Below, one piece after another: positions 35,599 through 46,044 of a DNA stretch of 64,000 nucleotides. This DNA comes from an uncultured Verrucomicrobiae bacterium (GTDB taxonomy: Bacteria > Chlamydiota > Chlamydiia > Chlamydiales > Rhabdochlamydiaceae), in the NCBI GenBank assembly GCA_963806855.1, contig CAWDYW010000001.1, forward strand, positions 480,001 to 544,000, read 5' to 3'. Within the stretch, counting starts at the first letter, position 1. Every line of letters starts with the position of its first letter. The notes beneath the pieces were generated by a model. That model made no database searches and was not told the origin of the DNA. It saw only the letters and a program-made list of their open reading frames with translations. Both the position numbers and the translations under genes were made by a program.

Positions 35599-38553
35599 TT
35601 ACCAAAGCCCCAAAAATCCCGTGGCTGGCTTTGTTACCATGTAGACTTTCAGTCCTCTGAGTAAAAACTCTCTTGCCGCAGTGAGATTATTTTCTTCAAA
35701 GAGCTTTATGGCTTGTTCAGAGGATACGATTGTCAATATCGTCTGCGCTGCATCATAGGAAAGGGATTTGACTTCTCTATCAAATTCTTCCATCTTTTGC
35801 CGTTCAGTCTTATCAGGCTTGGCATAACTCGATATCCTATCGCTTAGAAAGTTCCTCAGAGTTTGGTTTGGAATAAGAGTCTCGATTAAAGTTCTACGTG
35901 CGTAGGCTTTTATTATAGAATCTATATTCGGTTGGGAGTTCATTGCTTCTCCGCCAAAGGAGATCAGCTCGGGTCCTTTTGCTTCTTGGAACAAAGAGCA
36001 TTTCTGCAACTCACGGGTAAGCATTGTGAAATTTTGTAGAGAAGCAACCTGTGTGATGATTTTAAATTCTTTAATAAATCCCTCGATTCGTTTTAATTGC
36101 TCCTCATCTGTTTGTTTGTTTTCAACAGTGTTGAGAAGCGCTACTAGGGAGAGATCGACTTCAATTTTTGCGATTTGGTGATCCAAAAACGATCTAAATA
36201 GTTCTGCAGTTGTCACGCCGTTTTCTACAAGAAATGCTTGCAGGTCTTTATTCGCTAAAAGGGTAGAAAGTTTTCTGACGTCAGCTACTGACATTTGGTG
36301 TTTTTTGTCCCACCATCCACAAAAAGCTTGTTCAAATCTCGCTGGGTCCGCTCCCACAAATGATGAGAATAGGTTGTCGCAGTCAGAGAGCGGTGATAGC
36401 ACTTGGACTACCCGGCTTTTTTTATCTTGATAGCGCGCGCTGACGATTTTCATTAGCTCAGTCAGTAGGGGAGAAAAATGATCTGGGAGTGGATCATTTG
36501 TTTTTGATGGCGACCAGGCTTTAAAGGCTTCAGTAAGACGCTCGCAAGCAGGCTGCTGCGTTTGTACGTGTTGTCTAACACTGAGTGCCAAGGACTCAAA
36601 TTGCTCAGTTCTGTTGATTTCGGCAAAAAATTGACCGACATGAGGTTGTTCGAGCAATTTGGGAAGGTTAGAGAGCTCTTTTGCTCCTTCTCTATCTAAA
36701 GTGGTGGCTAGTTCCGAATCTCGGGCATCCGTGTTTCCTAGGAGGTATTTGGCGATTCTGTAAGAGAGTCCGAAATATTCGGAAGTCAGATCGCAGATAA
36801 TGTTATCAATATCAGGCTTAGCCTGTTCTCGAGCTCCTTTCGAATATCTAATCAATGCTTTTAAAAATTTTGGATTTGGTTTTCCGACATGCCTCAATAC
36901 TGATTCTCTATGGCTTCGAACATCTCTAATTTCGTAATCATCGAAATTGAATCTCAATGTCTGATAGAGGGACTCTTCAGAAAGTGATGATGTATCCGGG
37001 CTAAGCCTATTCCGAGTTTGAGCTTTAAAGAATGCAAAACATGCGGGATTATGCAAAGCGGATGCAATGGCTGAGTCCCATAAGGCATTTTTATCTTCGT
37101 ATTTTTTTCCGCATTCTTGATACCATTCGATAGTTGCCCTTTTAAGGCTACGCCAGTTCCATTTTTCTGCAAATTGATAGAGTTCAACCGCAAGTTCAAT
37201 TTTTCCTGCAAATTCACCTTCATTAAATGTCATCGAACCATACTGGAGCTGTTGCAGAGCGAGCGCGAGCAGCGGATTCATCTGCTCTAAACGAATAGGC
37301 TCAAGTTCCATATGTCCTGATTCAGTCGGTTGTTTCATTACCCACTTGGAATCTTTGACAAAATCTCTCGTTAACCAGCCATGGGAGATTTCTTGAGGAG
37401 TATCGGTAAAGCGCATCTCCAATGGATAGACTTGATCTTCCTCGGCAAGAGCGGTGAACTGCAATTGTGTGACTTTTTGAACAGCGGCGATGAAGCGGTG
37501 TCTTTCAAAAGGTTTATTAGGAATCAATGTGAGTAGGAACTTCAGGTCTACTTTGCTAAATCGCTCGGGATTTAGAGGTCTTACGCTCTTATTCGATTGG
37601 GCTAATTCGAAGAAAAAGTCTCTAATAGTCGCAAAGGCAGCTCGTTGCTCTTCACTATTTAATACAGAGAATCGATCGGTGAATTGGGCAATCGACTCAA
37701 ATGGTTTTTGCTCATTCCACCAAAAGGATGGAATTGCAACGGCAGAAGGGAGATCGAAGGTAACTGATGGAGTAAATTTAGATCCATAGTCAAATTTAGA
37801 TCCATATTGACCTCTGTTTACTGCCGCATTGAAATTGGAGGGTCTTCGCGAATCTGAGCCAGATAACTGTTCATTAATTTGAAGAAGGGCATTGAAAAAG
37901 GAGGGGTTATCCAAATATTTAACAACATGATCCGATAACTTATAGTGATCTATCTTACCAATGCTTTTAAATATCTCTATCAGGCAATCTCTAATGGGAT
38001 CGATTTTTTTCTCTACTGCAAAGTTGAATAGCTCGACCAGAGATTCGATTGAGACGTCTATGCTCCCCTCTTTTTTCTCTCTGTAGAGAAAGTGTGCGAT
38101 ATGATCCAACGTGTATCGAAGGGATGGAGTTAGCCCATCGGCGGATACAATTCCAGTATCGGAAGTGAGAGGTGGGACTTTCAAGCCAGAGGCTCTGCAG
38201 GCACCCATACTCATCCAGCCCCAGCTCTTTCCATTTGTCAATTGGTAGACTTGGGATGCTTCATTTAGTCCATTAAAATGGGAGTTTGTCGCTTTCTGAA
38301 TAGTCGCAAGCAGACGCATTCTTTCTGAGCGGGGAAGAGAGGAAGTGGCGAGAAGGGTGGCCACATCGGTAGAAAATCGCTTTTTATAATCCTCGGGGAT
38401 AATGACATCTTCATCCCAATAGGCTCTTTTACCAAAATATTGGCGCGTTTCTTCTATGAAGACATTTCGCTCTTTCTGATTAAAAAAGGCAGAATTGTTG
38501 CAAAAATTAGCTATAGATTCGAAAGGTTTGTCAACATTAAATTTAACTGCCAT
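35599..38553 (-). CDS. Large hypothetical candidate effector with two N-terminal repeats containing BTB-like segments
   Basis: Start MAVKFNV; KPFESIA(N/Q)F repeated; ELFNFAVEK..IRDCLIE and ELYQFAEKW..LKRATIE. Confidence 0.65.
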   Translation of the reverse strand: MAVKFNVDKPFESIANFCNNSAFFNQKERNVFIEETRQYFGKRAYWDEDVIIPEDYKKRFSTDVATLLATSSLPRSERMRLLATIQKATNSHFNGLNEASQVYQLTNGKSWGWMSMGACRASGLKVPPLTSDTGIVSADGLTPSLRYTLDHIAHFLYREKKEGSIDVSIESLVELFNFAVEKKIDPIRDCLIEIFKSIGKIDHYKLSDHVVKYLDNPSFFNALLQINEQLSGSDSRRPSNFNAAVNRGQYGSKFDYGSKFTPSVTFDLPSAVAIPSFWWNEQKPFESIAQFTDRFSVLNSEEQRAAFATIRDFFFELAQSNKSVRPLNPERFSKVDLKFLLTLIPNKPFERHRFIAAVQKVTQLQFTALAEEDQVYPLEMRFTDTPQEISHGWLTRDFVKDSKWVMKQPTESGHMELEPIRLEQMNPLLALALQQLQYGSMTFNEGEFAGKIELAVELYQFAEKWNWRSLKRATIEWYQECGKKYEDKNALWDSAIASALHNPACFAFFKAQTRNRLSPDTSSLSEESLYQTLRFNFDDYEIRDVRSHRESVLRHVGKPNPKFLKALIRYSKGAREQAKPDIDNIICDLTSEYFGLSYRIAKYLLGNTDARDSELATTLDREGAKELSNLPKLLEQPHVGQFFAEINRTEQFESLALSVRQHVQTQQPACERLTEAFKAWSPSKTNDPLPDHFSPLLTELMKIVSARYQDKKSRVVQVLSPLSDCDNLFSSFVGADPARFEQAFCGWWDKKHQMSVADVRKLSTLLANKDLQAFLVENGVTTAELFRSFLDHQIAKIEVDLSLVALLNTVENKQTDEEQLKRIEGFIKEFKIITQVASLQNFTMLTRELQKCSLFQEAKGPELISFGGEAMNSQPNIDSIIKAYARRTLIETLIPNQTLRNFLSDRISSYAKPDKTERQKMEEFDREVKSLSYDAAQTILTIVSSEQAIKLFEENNLTAAREFLLRGLKVYMVTKPATGFLGLW

Positions 38554-38619
38554 AAGAGCTCCGGTTTTTATTAAGGATAGAGAGGATACCAAAAAAGGGA
38601 AAAAAAGTATAATAGGCCG

Positions 38620-39423
38620 ATGACTTATTTTCTTATCGATTCGGGTAACCAAAAAAAATTTGAACGGTTTGGCAATCAGACGATTGTCCGCCCATGCAGT
38701 CAAGCATTGTGGAAGCCGACGCTACTCTCTTGGGACGATGCCGATGCTCACTTTTCTCGTTTAGAGGGGAAGGGATGGGAAGGGCGGCTGCCGAGTTCTT
38801 GGGTGATTGAACATGATGGGCTGAAGTTTAAGATTGCGCCGACCGATTTTGGCCACTTAGGAGTTTTTCCAGAGCACAGTTTTTTGTGGAGCTGGGCGGC
38901 CGATTTGATTCGGGAAGGGGCCTCTGTTCTCAATTTGTTCGCCTATTCGGGCGGGGCAACGCTTGCCTTTGCTCGGGCGGGGGCGCAGGTGTGTCACGTC
39001 GATGCGTCGCAGGGGATGGTCAAGTGGGCGCGGGAAAATGCGGCGCTCAATGGACTTGAAGATAAGCCGATCCGGTGGATTGTCGACGATGCGATCAAGT
39101 TTTTGCAGAGGGAAATTAAGCGGGGGCGCAAGTACGATGGGATTTTGCTCGATCCGCCGAGTTTTGGTCGGGGCGCGCAAGGCGAGGTGTTTAAAATTGA
39201 GCGGGACATTGGGCCTCTGCTGCAATTATGCAAAGCGCTGCTCAGCGACAAGCCGCTGTTTTTAGCCTGCTCGAATCATACGAGTGGTCTCAGTCCGATG
39301 GTGATGGGTCATCTGTTCGAGGAGATTCTGCCGGGCAAGGCCGAGGTGGGCGAGCTCTTTCTCTCCGCACAGCAGGGACGAGATGTGCCGACTGGAAGTT
39401 ATGCGAGGTGGAAGGGATGTTGA
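38620..39423 (+). CDS. Class I SAM-dependent methyltransferase (RlmI/RlmK-related)
   Basis: HLGVFPE, VLNLFAYSGG, HVDAS, LDPPSFGRG. Confidence 0.9.
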   Translation: MTYFLIDSGNQKKFERFGNQTIVRPCSQALWKPTLLSWDDADAHFSRLEGKGWEGRLPSSWVIEHDGLKFKIAPTDFGHLGVFPEHSFLWSWAADLIREGASVLNLFAYSGGATLAFARAGAQVCHVDASQGMVKWARENAALNGLEDKPIRWIVDDAIKFLQREIKRGRKYDGILLDPPSFGRGAQGEVFKIERDIGPLLQLCKALLSDKPLFLACSNHTSGLSPMVMGHLFEEILPGKAEVGELFLSAQQGRDVPTGSYARWKGC

Positions 39424-40244
39424 GGATCACAAGTACACAAAATCCGCAGATCAAAGAGGCGATCAAATTGCAGAATCGGCGGGAGCGCGATGAGACGGGG
39501 TTCTTTTTGATCGAAGGATATCGGGAACTCAAGCGGGCATTTGCAGGCGGCGTGGTGATTCAAAAGCTCTTCATTTGCCCTGAGAAATTTCTAGGGGAAA
39601 ATGAGGATGTGCTGATTGATAGTATCGAGTCTGCAGGTGCGGAGGTATTGGAGTGCGCGCCGGCTGTGTTTGAAAAGCTCTCCTACCGCGATCGGCCCGA
39701 TGGATTATTGGGAATTGGGGTTCAGATGCACTGTTCTCTGGCCACGATGCAGATGGGGCCCAATCCGCTGCTGGTGATTGCCGAGGGGATTGAAAAGCCG
39801 GGCAATTTGGGCTCGATCATGCGTTCTGCCGATGGGGTGGGCGCCGATGGGGTGATTGTCTGCGATCGGTGCACCGATATTTACAATCCGAATGTGGTCC
39901 GGGCCAGTGTGGGGACGCTCTTTACGCTGCCGGTGGTTGAAGCGGGTGGAGGCGAGGTGTTCACATGGCTGCAAGAGCACAAAATTCAGATCGTGGCTAC
40001 TTCGCCTGCCGCCAAGATCGACTATACGGAGGCCGATTTGCGCGGCCCTGTGGCGATCGTGGTGGGGACTGAGCAACTCGGTCTTTCGGACATGTGGCTG
40101 AAGGCCTCTGACATCCAGGTCTCGATTCCGATGAAGGGGGTCGCCGATTCGCTCAACGTGGCCACTGCAACGACGCTGCTGCTTTATGAGGTGCTACGGC
40201 AAAGAAAACTGGGGTATCCGCTTGAAACCGATCTATTGCGATAA
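39417..40244 (+). CDS. TrmH/SpoU family RNA methyltransferase
   Basis: ITSTQNP, EKPGNLGSIMRSAD, GTEQLGL, IPM.G..DSLNVA. Confidence 0.93.
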   Translation: MLRITSTQNPQIKEAIKLQNRRERDETGFFLIEGYRELKRAFAGGVVIQKLFICPEKFLGENEDVLIDSIESAGAEVLECAPAVFEKLSYRDRPDGLLGIGVQMHCSLATMQMGPNPLLVIAEGIEKPGNLGSIMRSADGVGADGVIVCDRCTDIYNPNVVRASVGTLFTLPVVEAGGGEVFTWLQEHKIQIVATSPAAKIDYTEADLRGPVAIVVGTEQLGLSDMWLKASDIQVSIPMKGVADSLNVATATTLLLYEVLRQRKLGYPLETDLLR

Positions 40245-40827
40245 CCATATCCTCATTCTCAATAAGCCTGCCGGTGTGGCGACGCAGCCCGATTTTCACG
40301 AGGCGGCTAGAAGCTGGGTGAAGGATCATTTTGCCAAGCCGGGTAATGTCTTTCTCGAGCCGATTCACCGTCTCGATCGGCCGGCCAGCGGGATTGTGTT
40401 GTTTGCGAGGACGAGCAAGGCGCTCACTCGTCTCAATGAGGCGATGCGGGAGAGGAAAATGCGCAAAACTTACCTTGCGAAAGTGGAAGGGGTTGTCGAG
40501 GAGGAAGGGTGCCTTCAGCATCTGCTGATTCATGGCGATTTCAAGGCCTTCGTCGATCCAAAGGGCAAGCAGGCGATTTTGCGCTATCGTCGTTTACAAG
40601 CCACAGCGCACCATTCTCTAGTTGAAATCGAGCTCGAAACGGGGCGCTACCATCAGATCAGGGCCCAGTTTGCAGCGATTGGCCACCCGATTGTCGGTGA
40701 TCGGAAGTATGGAAGTTGCCAAGATCTTCCGCAGATTGCTCTGCATCATCAGCAGCTCATTTTGGAGCATCCTACGACAAAAGAGCTGCTCACATTTCAA
40801 TGTTCGGCCGCGTTCTCTTCTTTATAA
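40222..40827 (+). CDS. RluA family pseudouridine synthase
   Basis: LNKPAG, HRLDRPASG, TGRYHQIR, HPIVGDRKYG; TTG start inferred. Confidence 0.93.
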   Translation: MKPIYCDNHILILNKPAGVATQPDFHEAARSWVKDHFAKPGNVFLEPIHRLDRPASGIVLFARTSKALTRLNEAMRERKMRKTYLAKVEGVVEEEGCLQHLLIHGDFKAFVDPKGKQAILRYRRLQATAHHSLVEIELETGRYHQIRAQFAAIGHPIVGDRKYGSCQDLPQIALHHQQLILEHPTTKELLTFQCSAAFSSL

Positions 40828-42319
40828 GCAGTAGTGCCAAGATAAATCCAACGAGTGCGGAGGCCAGAGCGAAGGCTGTGATGGCCCAGTAGCCGCTCAG
40901 ATTGGAGCTCAAGGCGATTTGCTTGACATATTCTTGCGCTTGGGTAGGGAGTTTTTGCAATGCAGCGAGCGCCTCGGGTGTTTGCGCTAGTAGCCCTTGA
41001 AAATCCATTGAATTTGTGTTTGCGGTCGCTGTGTGCTTTTGCAGGTCTTTGGCAAATTGTCCATTTTCGATGCTCAGAAAAATCGAGCCCATGATGGCCA
41101 TGCCGAGTGTGGCGCCCAATTGGCGGAGCATGGTCGCGGTACCCGATGCCAGTCCCCGTTTTTCGGTCGCGACTTCGCCTAAGGCTGTCGTGAAGCTCGG
41201 GGTGAAGATGAAGGGCACGCCACATCCAAAGGGGACGACGGCAGACAGAATGACGCCGACATGCGGGTTGTCGAGGTTATGGAGGAACCAAAAGAGTCCG
41301 CTGATAATGAGGATAAAGCCGATGGAGATGGGGACTCGGGGGCCATGTTTGTCGAGCAGATGCCCACCGAGCGGCGCGGCAAAAATGACGGGCAAGTTGC
41401 TGATCAAGCTGATCACGCCGGCCTTTGCGGGCGAGAAGCCGAGCACGGTTTGGAAGTAGACGGCCCAGAAGACGGAGATCATGAGGTAAAACTGGGTGAT
41501 GAAGACGGTGGTGATCGCTCCAGTAAAGTTGCGCTCTTTGAAAAGGGAGAGGTCGACATAGGGATCGCGCACCTGCCGGTCGATGATGAGGAGCAGGAAG
41601 ATGAGGATGATGCCAAAGGCGATGAGGCCAAGGGTGAGAGGAGAGAGCCATCCCCACTGCTTCGCTTCCATGATGCCGATGACGATCGAGGTGATGCCGA
41701 GCGAGGAGGTGAGGAACCCTAGAAGATCGAAGGGGCAGCGGTGCCCTTCCCGTTTGGGGACGACCCATAGGGTGAGCAAAAAGCCGATGATGGCAATCGG
41801 GATGTTGATCCAAAAGACATAGCGCCAAGTCAGATACTGGGTAAAGAGGCCTCCGACGACGGGGCCCAAGGAAAGAAAAACCGATCCGATGCTGACGTAG
41901 AGGCCGAGCGCTCTGCCTCGTTGGTGCGCAGGGAAACTGGTAAATAATAGAGCCGAGGAGGTGGGGACGAGCATCGCAGCTCCGATCCCTTGAATGGTGC
42001 GGGAGGCGATAAACCACCACTCGTGATAGCTCGCTCCGCAAAGCATCGAACCGACCGAGAAGAGCAAAAGGCCCCAGCAGAAGATTCTCCGATGGCCAAA
42101 CCGGTCGCCAAAACGGCCTGCCGCCATCACAAAGACGGTCAGAGCGAGGGTGTAGGCGTTGATGATCCATTGCAATCCGATGGGAGTCATGTGGAGCGTA
42201 CGCTCTAAAGTTGGCAAGGTGACGGGCAGCACGCTAATGTCGATGAAGATCATCGAAATGCAGCTCGTCATCGCAATGAGCACCCACCATTTACGATTGT
42301 GTTCTGTAAGTTTAAACAT
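40790..42319 (-). CDS. MFS transporter, DHA2 (EmrB/QacA) family
   Basis: GRFGDRFGHRR, WRYVFWINIPI; about 14 TM segments. Confidence 0.92.
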   Translation of the reverse strand: MFKLTEHNRKWWVLIAMTSCISMIFIDISVLPVTLPTLERTLHMTPIGLQWIINAYTLALTVFVMAAGRFGDRFGHRRIFCWGLLLFSVGSMLCGASYHEWWFIASRTIQGIGAAMLVPTSSALLFTSFPAHQRGRALGLYVSIGSVFLSLGPVVGGLFTQYLTWRYVFWINIPIAIIGFLLTLWVVPKREGHRCPFDLLGFLTSSLGITSIVIGIMEAKQWGWLSPLTLGLIAFGIILIFLLLIIDRQVRDPYVDLSLFKERNFTGAITTVFITQFYLMISVFWAVYFQTVLGFSPAKAGVISLISNLPVIFAAPLGGHLLDKHGPRVPISIGFILIISGLFWFLHNLDNPHVGVILSAVVPFGCGVPFIFTPSFTTALGEVATEKRGLASGTATMLRQLGATLGMAIMGSIFLSIENGQFAKDLQKHTATANTNSMDFQGLLAQTPEALAALQKLPTQAQEYVKQIALSSNLSGYWAITAFALASALVGFILALLLIKKRTRPNIEM

Positions 42320-43367
42320 AAGATGCACTCAATAATAGGGCCAAGGGAACTTTACAACCAAAGCTTTTTGCGATCTGGTCGAGGTCGGCATAAAGGCGGG
42401 CCACCTCTTCTCCTACGAGCGTCGACATCAATCCGGCAATGGGAAGCGGGAGAAGATCGGTTTTCCCTTGATAGGAGAGGGCCAGGCCCCCTTTATGGGC
42501 GAGGACAGCATCGATTGCATTTTGCCGGTCTTCTTCAGTAGCTCCAAATGCAACAAGGGATGAGGCGATTGCTCCTTTCTTTAATTTTATGGTATCGATC
42601 GTCCGTATCGCAGGGATTTTGTGGATCGGATGCACTTCGAAATGAGGAAAGAGGGGCCCTTTTTGAAAAACGCATTCTCCGTCGATGTAATTCTCTAGCA
42701 CTCGAAAAGAGCTCAAATCTTCAACAACGATAAAATCGGCAGGGTCGCCCACTCTCAGTTGACCGACGTCGAGGCCATAGTGCTCAATCGGATTTTTCGA
42801 GGCACAGGCTATGGCGGCGAAGACATCCATCCCTTTTTGGACAGCCCGTCTGACGAGAAGATTGATATGGCCAAGCCTCAGACCATCCGGATGGAGATGA
42901 TTGGTGCAAAACATGCATTCCTCGGGGGCCTCTTGCAGCATAGGGAAAAGAACGTTTAGATTGTTGACTCCAATTTTCTTTCCCTCCCCTTTTTTCTTGC
43001 GCGCTTCCGATAGGGTGGTCGAGGTGCAATCCATTGTGATGGGGCGATCAAAATAGAATTTCATGGGGACTTTGCTCGCATTGCGCTCCATGAATTCGAT
43101 CCCCTCCTCTCCCAATACTTTCTGGATCATTTCGGCATTCGAGACGGTGGCGACGCTTCCGTGCCGCACGGCAAGCCTTGCAAATTCACTCGGTGGGAGG
43201 AGCGAGCTTTCAATCTGGGCATGAGCATCGACAAATCCGGGGAGGATAAATCCATGCCCTCGATGGCTATTGCGCTCGATTTTTGTGATGATCCCTTTCT
43301 CGAAGGTGACCGTTGCCGGAAAAATCACCTTTTGGTGAATGTCGACTAACTTTCCGTGGATTTCCAT
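42312..43367 (-). CDS. Shortened, degenerate adenine deaminase-like protein
   Basis: ILPGFVDAHAQIESSLL.P.EFA, AS.NP..HYGL, G.PADF, LPLPIAGLMS; only 351 aa and metal ligands altered. Confidence 0.75.
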   Translation of the reverse strand: MEIHGKLVDIHQKVIFPATVTFEKGIITKIERNSHRGHGFILPGFVDAHAQIESSLLPPSEFARLAVRHGSVATVSNAEMIQKVLGEEGIEFMERNASKVPMKFYFDRPITMDCTSTTLSEARKKKGEGKKIGVNNLNVLFPMLQEAPEECMFCTNHLHPDGLRLGHINLLVRRAVQKGMDVFAAIACASKNPIEHYGLDVGQLRVGDPADFIVVEDLSSFRVLENYIDGECVFQKGPLFPHFEVHPIHKIPAIRTIDTIKLKKGAIASSLVAFGATEEDRQNAIDAVLAHKGGLALSYQGKTDLLPLPIAGLMSTLVGEEVARLYADLDQIAKSFGCKVPLALLLSASYV

Positions 43368-45409
43368 GACAATAACCTTAATCCATTAAAAACGACGAGC
43401 AGCGAAGCGCCTGTATCGGCTGCAATCGCCATCCAGAGGGTCGCAAGTTCAAAACTCGCCAGGGTGATAAAAATCACTTTGACTCCAAGTGCAAATCCGA
43501 TGTTTTGTTTGACGATCGTCAGCGCTTTTCTCGAATGACGAATCAGCCAGGGGATTTTGCCCAAGTCGTCCTTCATCAGCACGATATCGGCGGTCTCAAA
43601 AGCGGCATCGCTCCCCATTGCTCCCATCGCGATCCCGCAGGAACTGGCAGCAAGCGCTGGAGCATCGTTCACTCCATCTCCTACCATCGCGACAATTCGA
43701 TGGGATTGTTTGAGCTCTTCAATTTTCTCGACTTTGTTTTCTGGGAGAAGCTCAGCGTAATACTGATCGATCCCCACTTCCTTAGCAAGGGCCGCCGCTG
43801 TTTTTTGGTTATCGCCCGTGAGCATCACTACCGTTCCGATCCCCAGTTCCTTGATTGCCGTGATCGTTTCGGCGATGTTGGGGCGGGCCTGATCGGCAAA
43901 ACTCATCAATCCACAAATGTGGGTGAAATCTCCGATCGCCACCACCGAATGGCCTGCATCCTCGAGTTCAAGGGCCTTGGCATGGGCCTCTTCGCTCTCT
44001 AGCCGTCCCTGTTCATGCATAAAACGGTGACTGCCGATCCAGAACCGCTGCCCATTGATCGTCCCTTCGGCGCCGAGTCCTTTGAATGACCGAAAATTTT
44101 CCGCGGGCACCTTTTCACCCGCCCGCTCTAGGATTGCGCGCGCCAGCGGATGTTCACTGCCCATTTCGAGTTTCGCGGCGATCTCGAGCAGCTCTTTTTC
44201 GGTATGACTGTTGAAGGGGACGATCTGCTGCAACGTTGGTCTGCCAAGCGTCACCGTCCCGGTTTTGTCGAAGGCGATCGCCTCTAATTTGCCGATCACC
44301 TCCAAGAAGATTCCCCCTTTGATCAGCACCCCTGTGCGGGCCGCTGCCGTCAAAGCCGAGACAATGCTCACCGGAGTCGAGATCACAAGCGCGCATGGAC
44401 AGGCGATCACGAGCATCACCAACCCTTGATAGATCCACTCGAGCCAATCGCCTCCTGCAAAAAGGGGAGGGATAAGGGCAAATCCCAAGGCGAGCAACAA
44501 CATGCAAGGCGTATAGATCCGCGAAAACTGATCCACCCACTGCTCCGCCCTTGCCCTCTTGGTGCGGGCCTCTTGGACCATCTGGATGATGCGAGAGAGC
44601 GTCGTATCATTGGCCTCTCTCGTGACAAGCACTTCTAACGCCCCCTCTTCATTGATCGTCCCGGCAAACACTGGATCGCCTGGATGTTTCACTACCGGCA
44701 CTGCTTCACCCGTAATGGGGGCCTGGTTGACCGACGAACTCCCCGAAAGAATCGTCCCATCAACGGCGATTTTTTCTCCGGGCCGGACCAAGATCCGATC
44801 TCCAATTGCGACATCTTCCACCTTCTTCTCAATCACCCTGCCTGACTCCATCACTCTAGCAAGTGTGGGCGACAGATCGAGCAGCTTAACTATAGCGCGA
44901 CGGGCCCGATCGACGCTCCAACTCTCGAGCAGCAGAGCGACCGAAAAAAGAAACGTGACCGTTGCCCCTTCCGACAATTGGCCAATTGCGATCGCTCCAA
45001 CGACAGCAATCGCCATCAAAAGGTTCATATCGAAGGAAAGATGCTTTGCACTCGCCCAAGCCCTCGGTGCGACATACCATCCGCCCGCGAGGATGGCGAG
45101 CAGATAGAAAATGGGATGATGAAAAATCATCCCACAGAGCAGAAAGAAACCGCTGCAAAGACAGAGAATGAAGCGCCCCTGTTTTCGCTCCTTTTCGACG
45201 GAGAGAGTAGGGGTCATCCCGGTGGAGCGGATCATATTCAAAATTTTTTCAGAATCGGTCATGGTGGAATCATAGGTGACGATCATCTGCCGGTTGAGCA
45301 CATCGAAGTCGAGCCGTTTGATCCCAGGCTCATTGCCTAATGCCTTTTGGAGAAGGTGCGACTCTTCGGCGCAATCGAGTTCTCGTATTCGGAAAGTTTC
45401 TCTTTGCAT
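43346..45409 (-). CDS. cadA: Heavy-metal P1B-type ATPase (Cd/Zn/Pb, CadA/ZntA-like)
   Basis: HMA-like LDCAEE, TGE, CPCAL, DKTGT, SEHPL, GDGVNDAP. Confidence 0.93.
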   Translation of the reverse strand: MQRETFRIRELDCAEESHLLQKALGNEPGIKRLDFDVLNRQMIVTYDSTMTDSEKILNMIRSTGMTPTLSVEKERKQGRFILCLCSGFFLLCGMIFHHPIFYLLAILAGGWYVAPRAWASAKHLSFDMNLLMAIAVVGAIAIGQLSEGATVTFLFSVALLLESWSVDRARRAIVKLLDLSPTLARVMESGRVIEKKVEDVAIGDRILVRPGEKIAVDGTILSGSSSVNQAPITGEAVPVVKHPGDPVFAGTINEEGALEVLVTREANDTTLSRIIQMVQEARTKRARAEQWVDQFSRIYTPCMLLLALGFALIPPLFAGGDWLEWIYQGLVMLVIACPCALVISTPVSIVSALTAAARTGVLIKGGIFLEVIGKLEAIAFDKTGTVTLGRPTLQQIVPFNSHTEKELLEIAAKLEMGSEHPLARAILERAGEKVPAENFRSFKGLGAEGTINGQRFWIGSHRFMHEQGRLESEEAHAKALELEDAGHSVVAIGDFTHICGLMSFADQARPNIAETITAIKELGIGTVVMLTGDNQKTAAALAKEVGIDQYYAELLPENKVEKIEELKQSHRIVAMVGDGVNDAPALAASSCGIAMGAMGSDAAFETADIVLMKDDLGKIPWLIRHSRKALTIVKQNIGFALGVKVIFITLASFELATLWMAIAADTGASLLVVFNGLRLLSWKSTES

Positions 45410-45474
45410 GATTTGAGTGTAAAAAAAAATTTAGACTAGAGTCAATATCTTTAAAACTCTATCATCATACCCAA

Positions 45475-46044
45475 ATGGAAAGCCAAATTTTAAGTTCGGT
45501 TGAAGATGGAATTCGGGCAATTGAATGTCTGCGTACCCCCAGGGCATTTCGTTTATCAAAAGCGCGGCTGAGCTGATCGTCGATTGCTTTGAAAAGAACG
45601 GGAAACTCCTTATTGCTGGCAATGGGGGTAGCTTGTGCGACGCGATGCATTTTGCTGAAGAGCTGACCGGCGTGTTTCGGGAAACAAGAAAAGCACTCCC
45701 CGCGATTGCCCTCTCCTGCCCAGGCCACCTCACCTGCACTGCTAACGATCTCGGTTTCGAGGATGTCTTTGCCCGTGGCGTCGAGGCTTATGGACATCCG
45801 GGCGATATCTTCATTGCGCTGACAACGAGTGGCAATTCGCGCAACTTGATCAAAGCGGTCAAGAAGGCGCAAGAAAGAAAGCTAAAGGTGATCTCCTTCC
45901 TCGGAAAAACGGGGGCAGCTGAAAGGGATGTCCGATCTTGAGCTCTGCATCGAAGGCTTTCAATATTCGGATCGGATCCAAGAAGCCCATATGGCAGCCA
46001 TCCATATCATCATCGAAATCTTAGAGAAAAAACTGTTCTCATGA
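45475..46044 (+). CDS. gmhA: Phosphoheptose isomerase; two frameshifts at homopolymers (about 45540 and 45912)
   Basis: MESQILSS.. then GNGGSLCDAMHFAEELTG, TTSGNS, then SDRIQEAH..IH in three successive frames. Confidence 0.85.
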
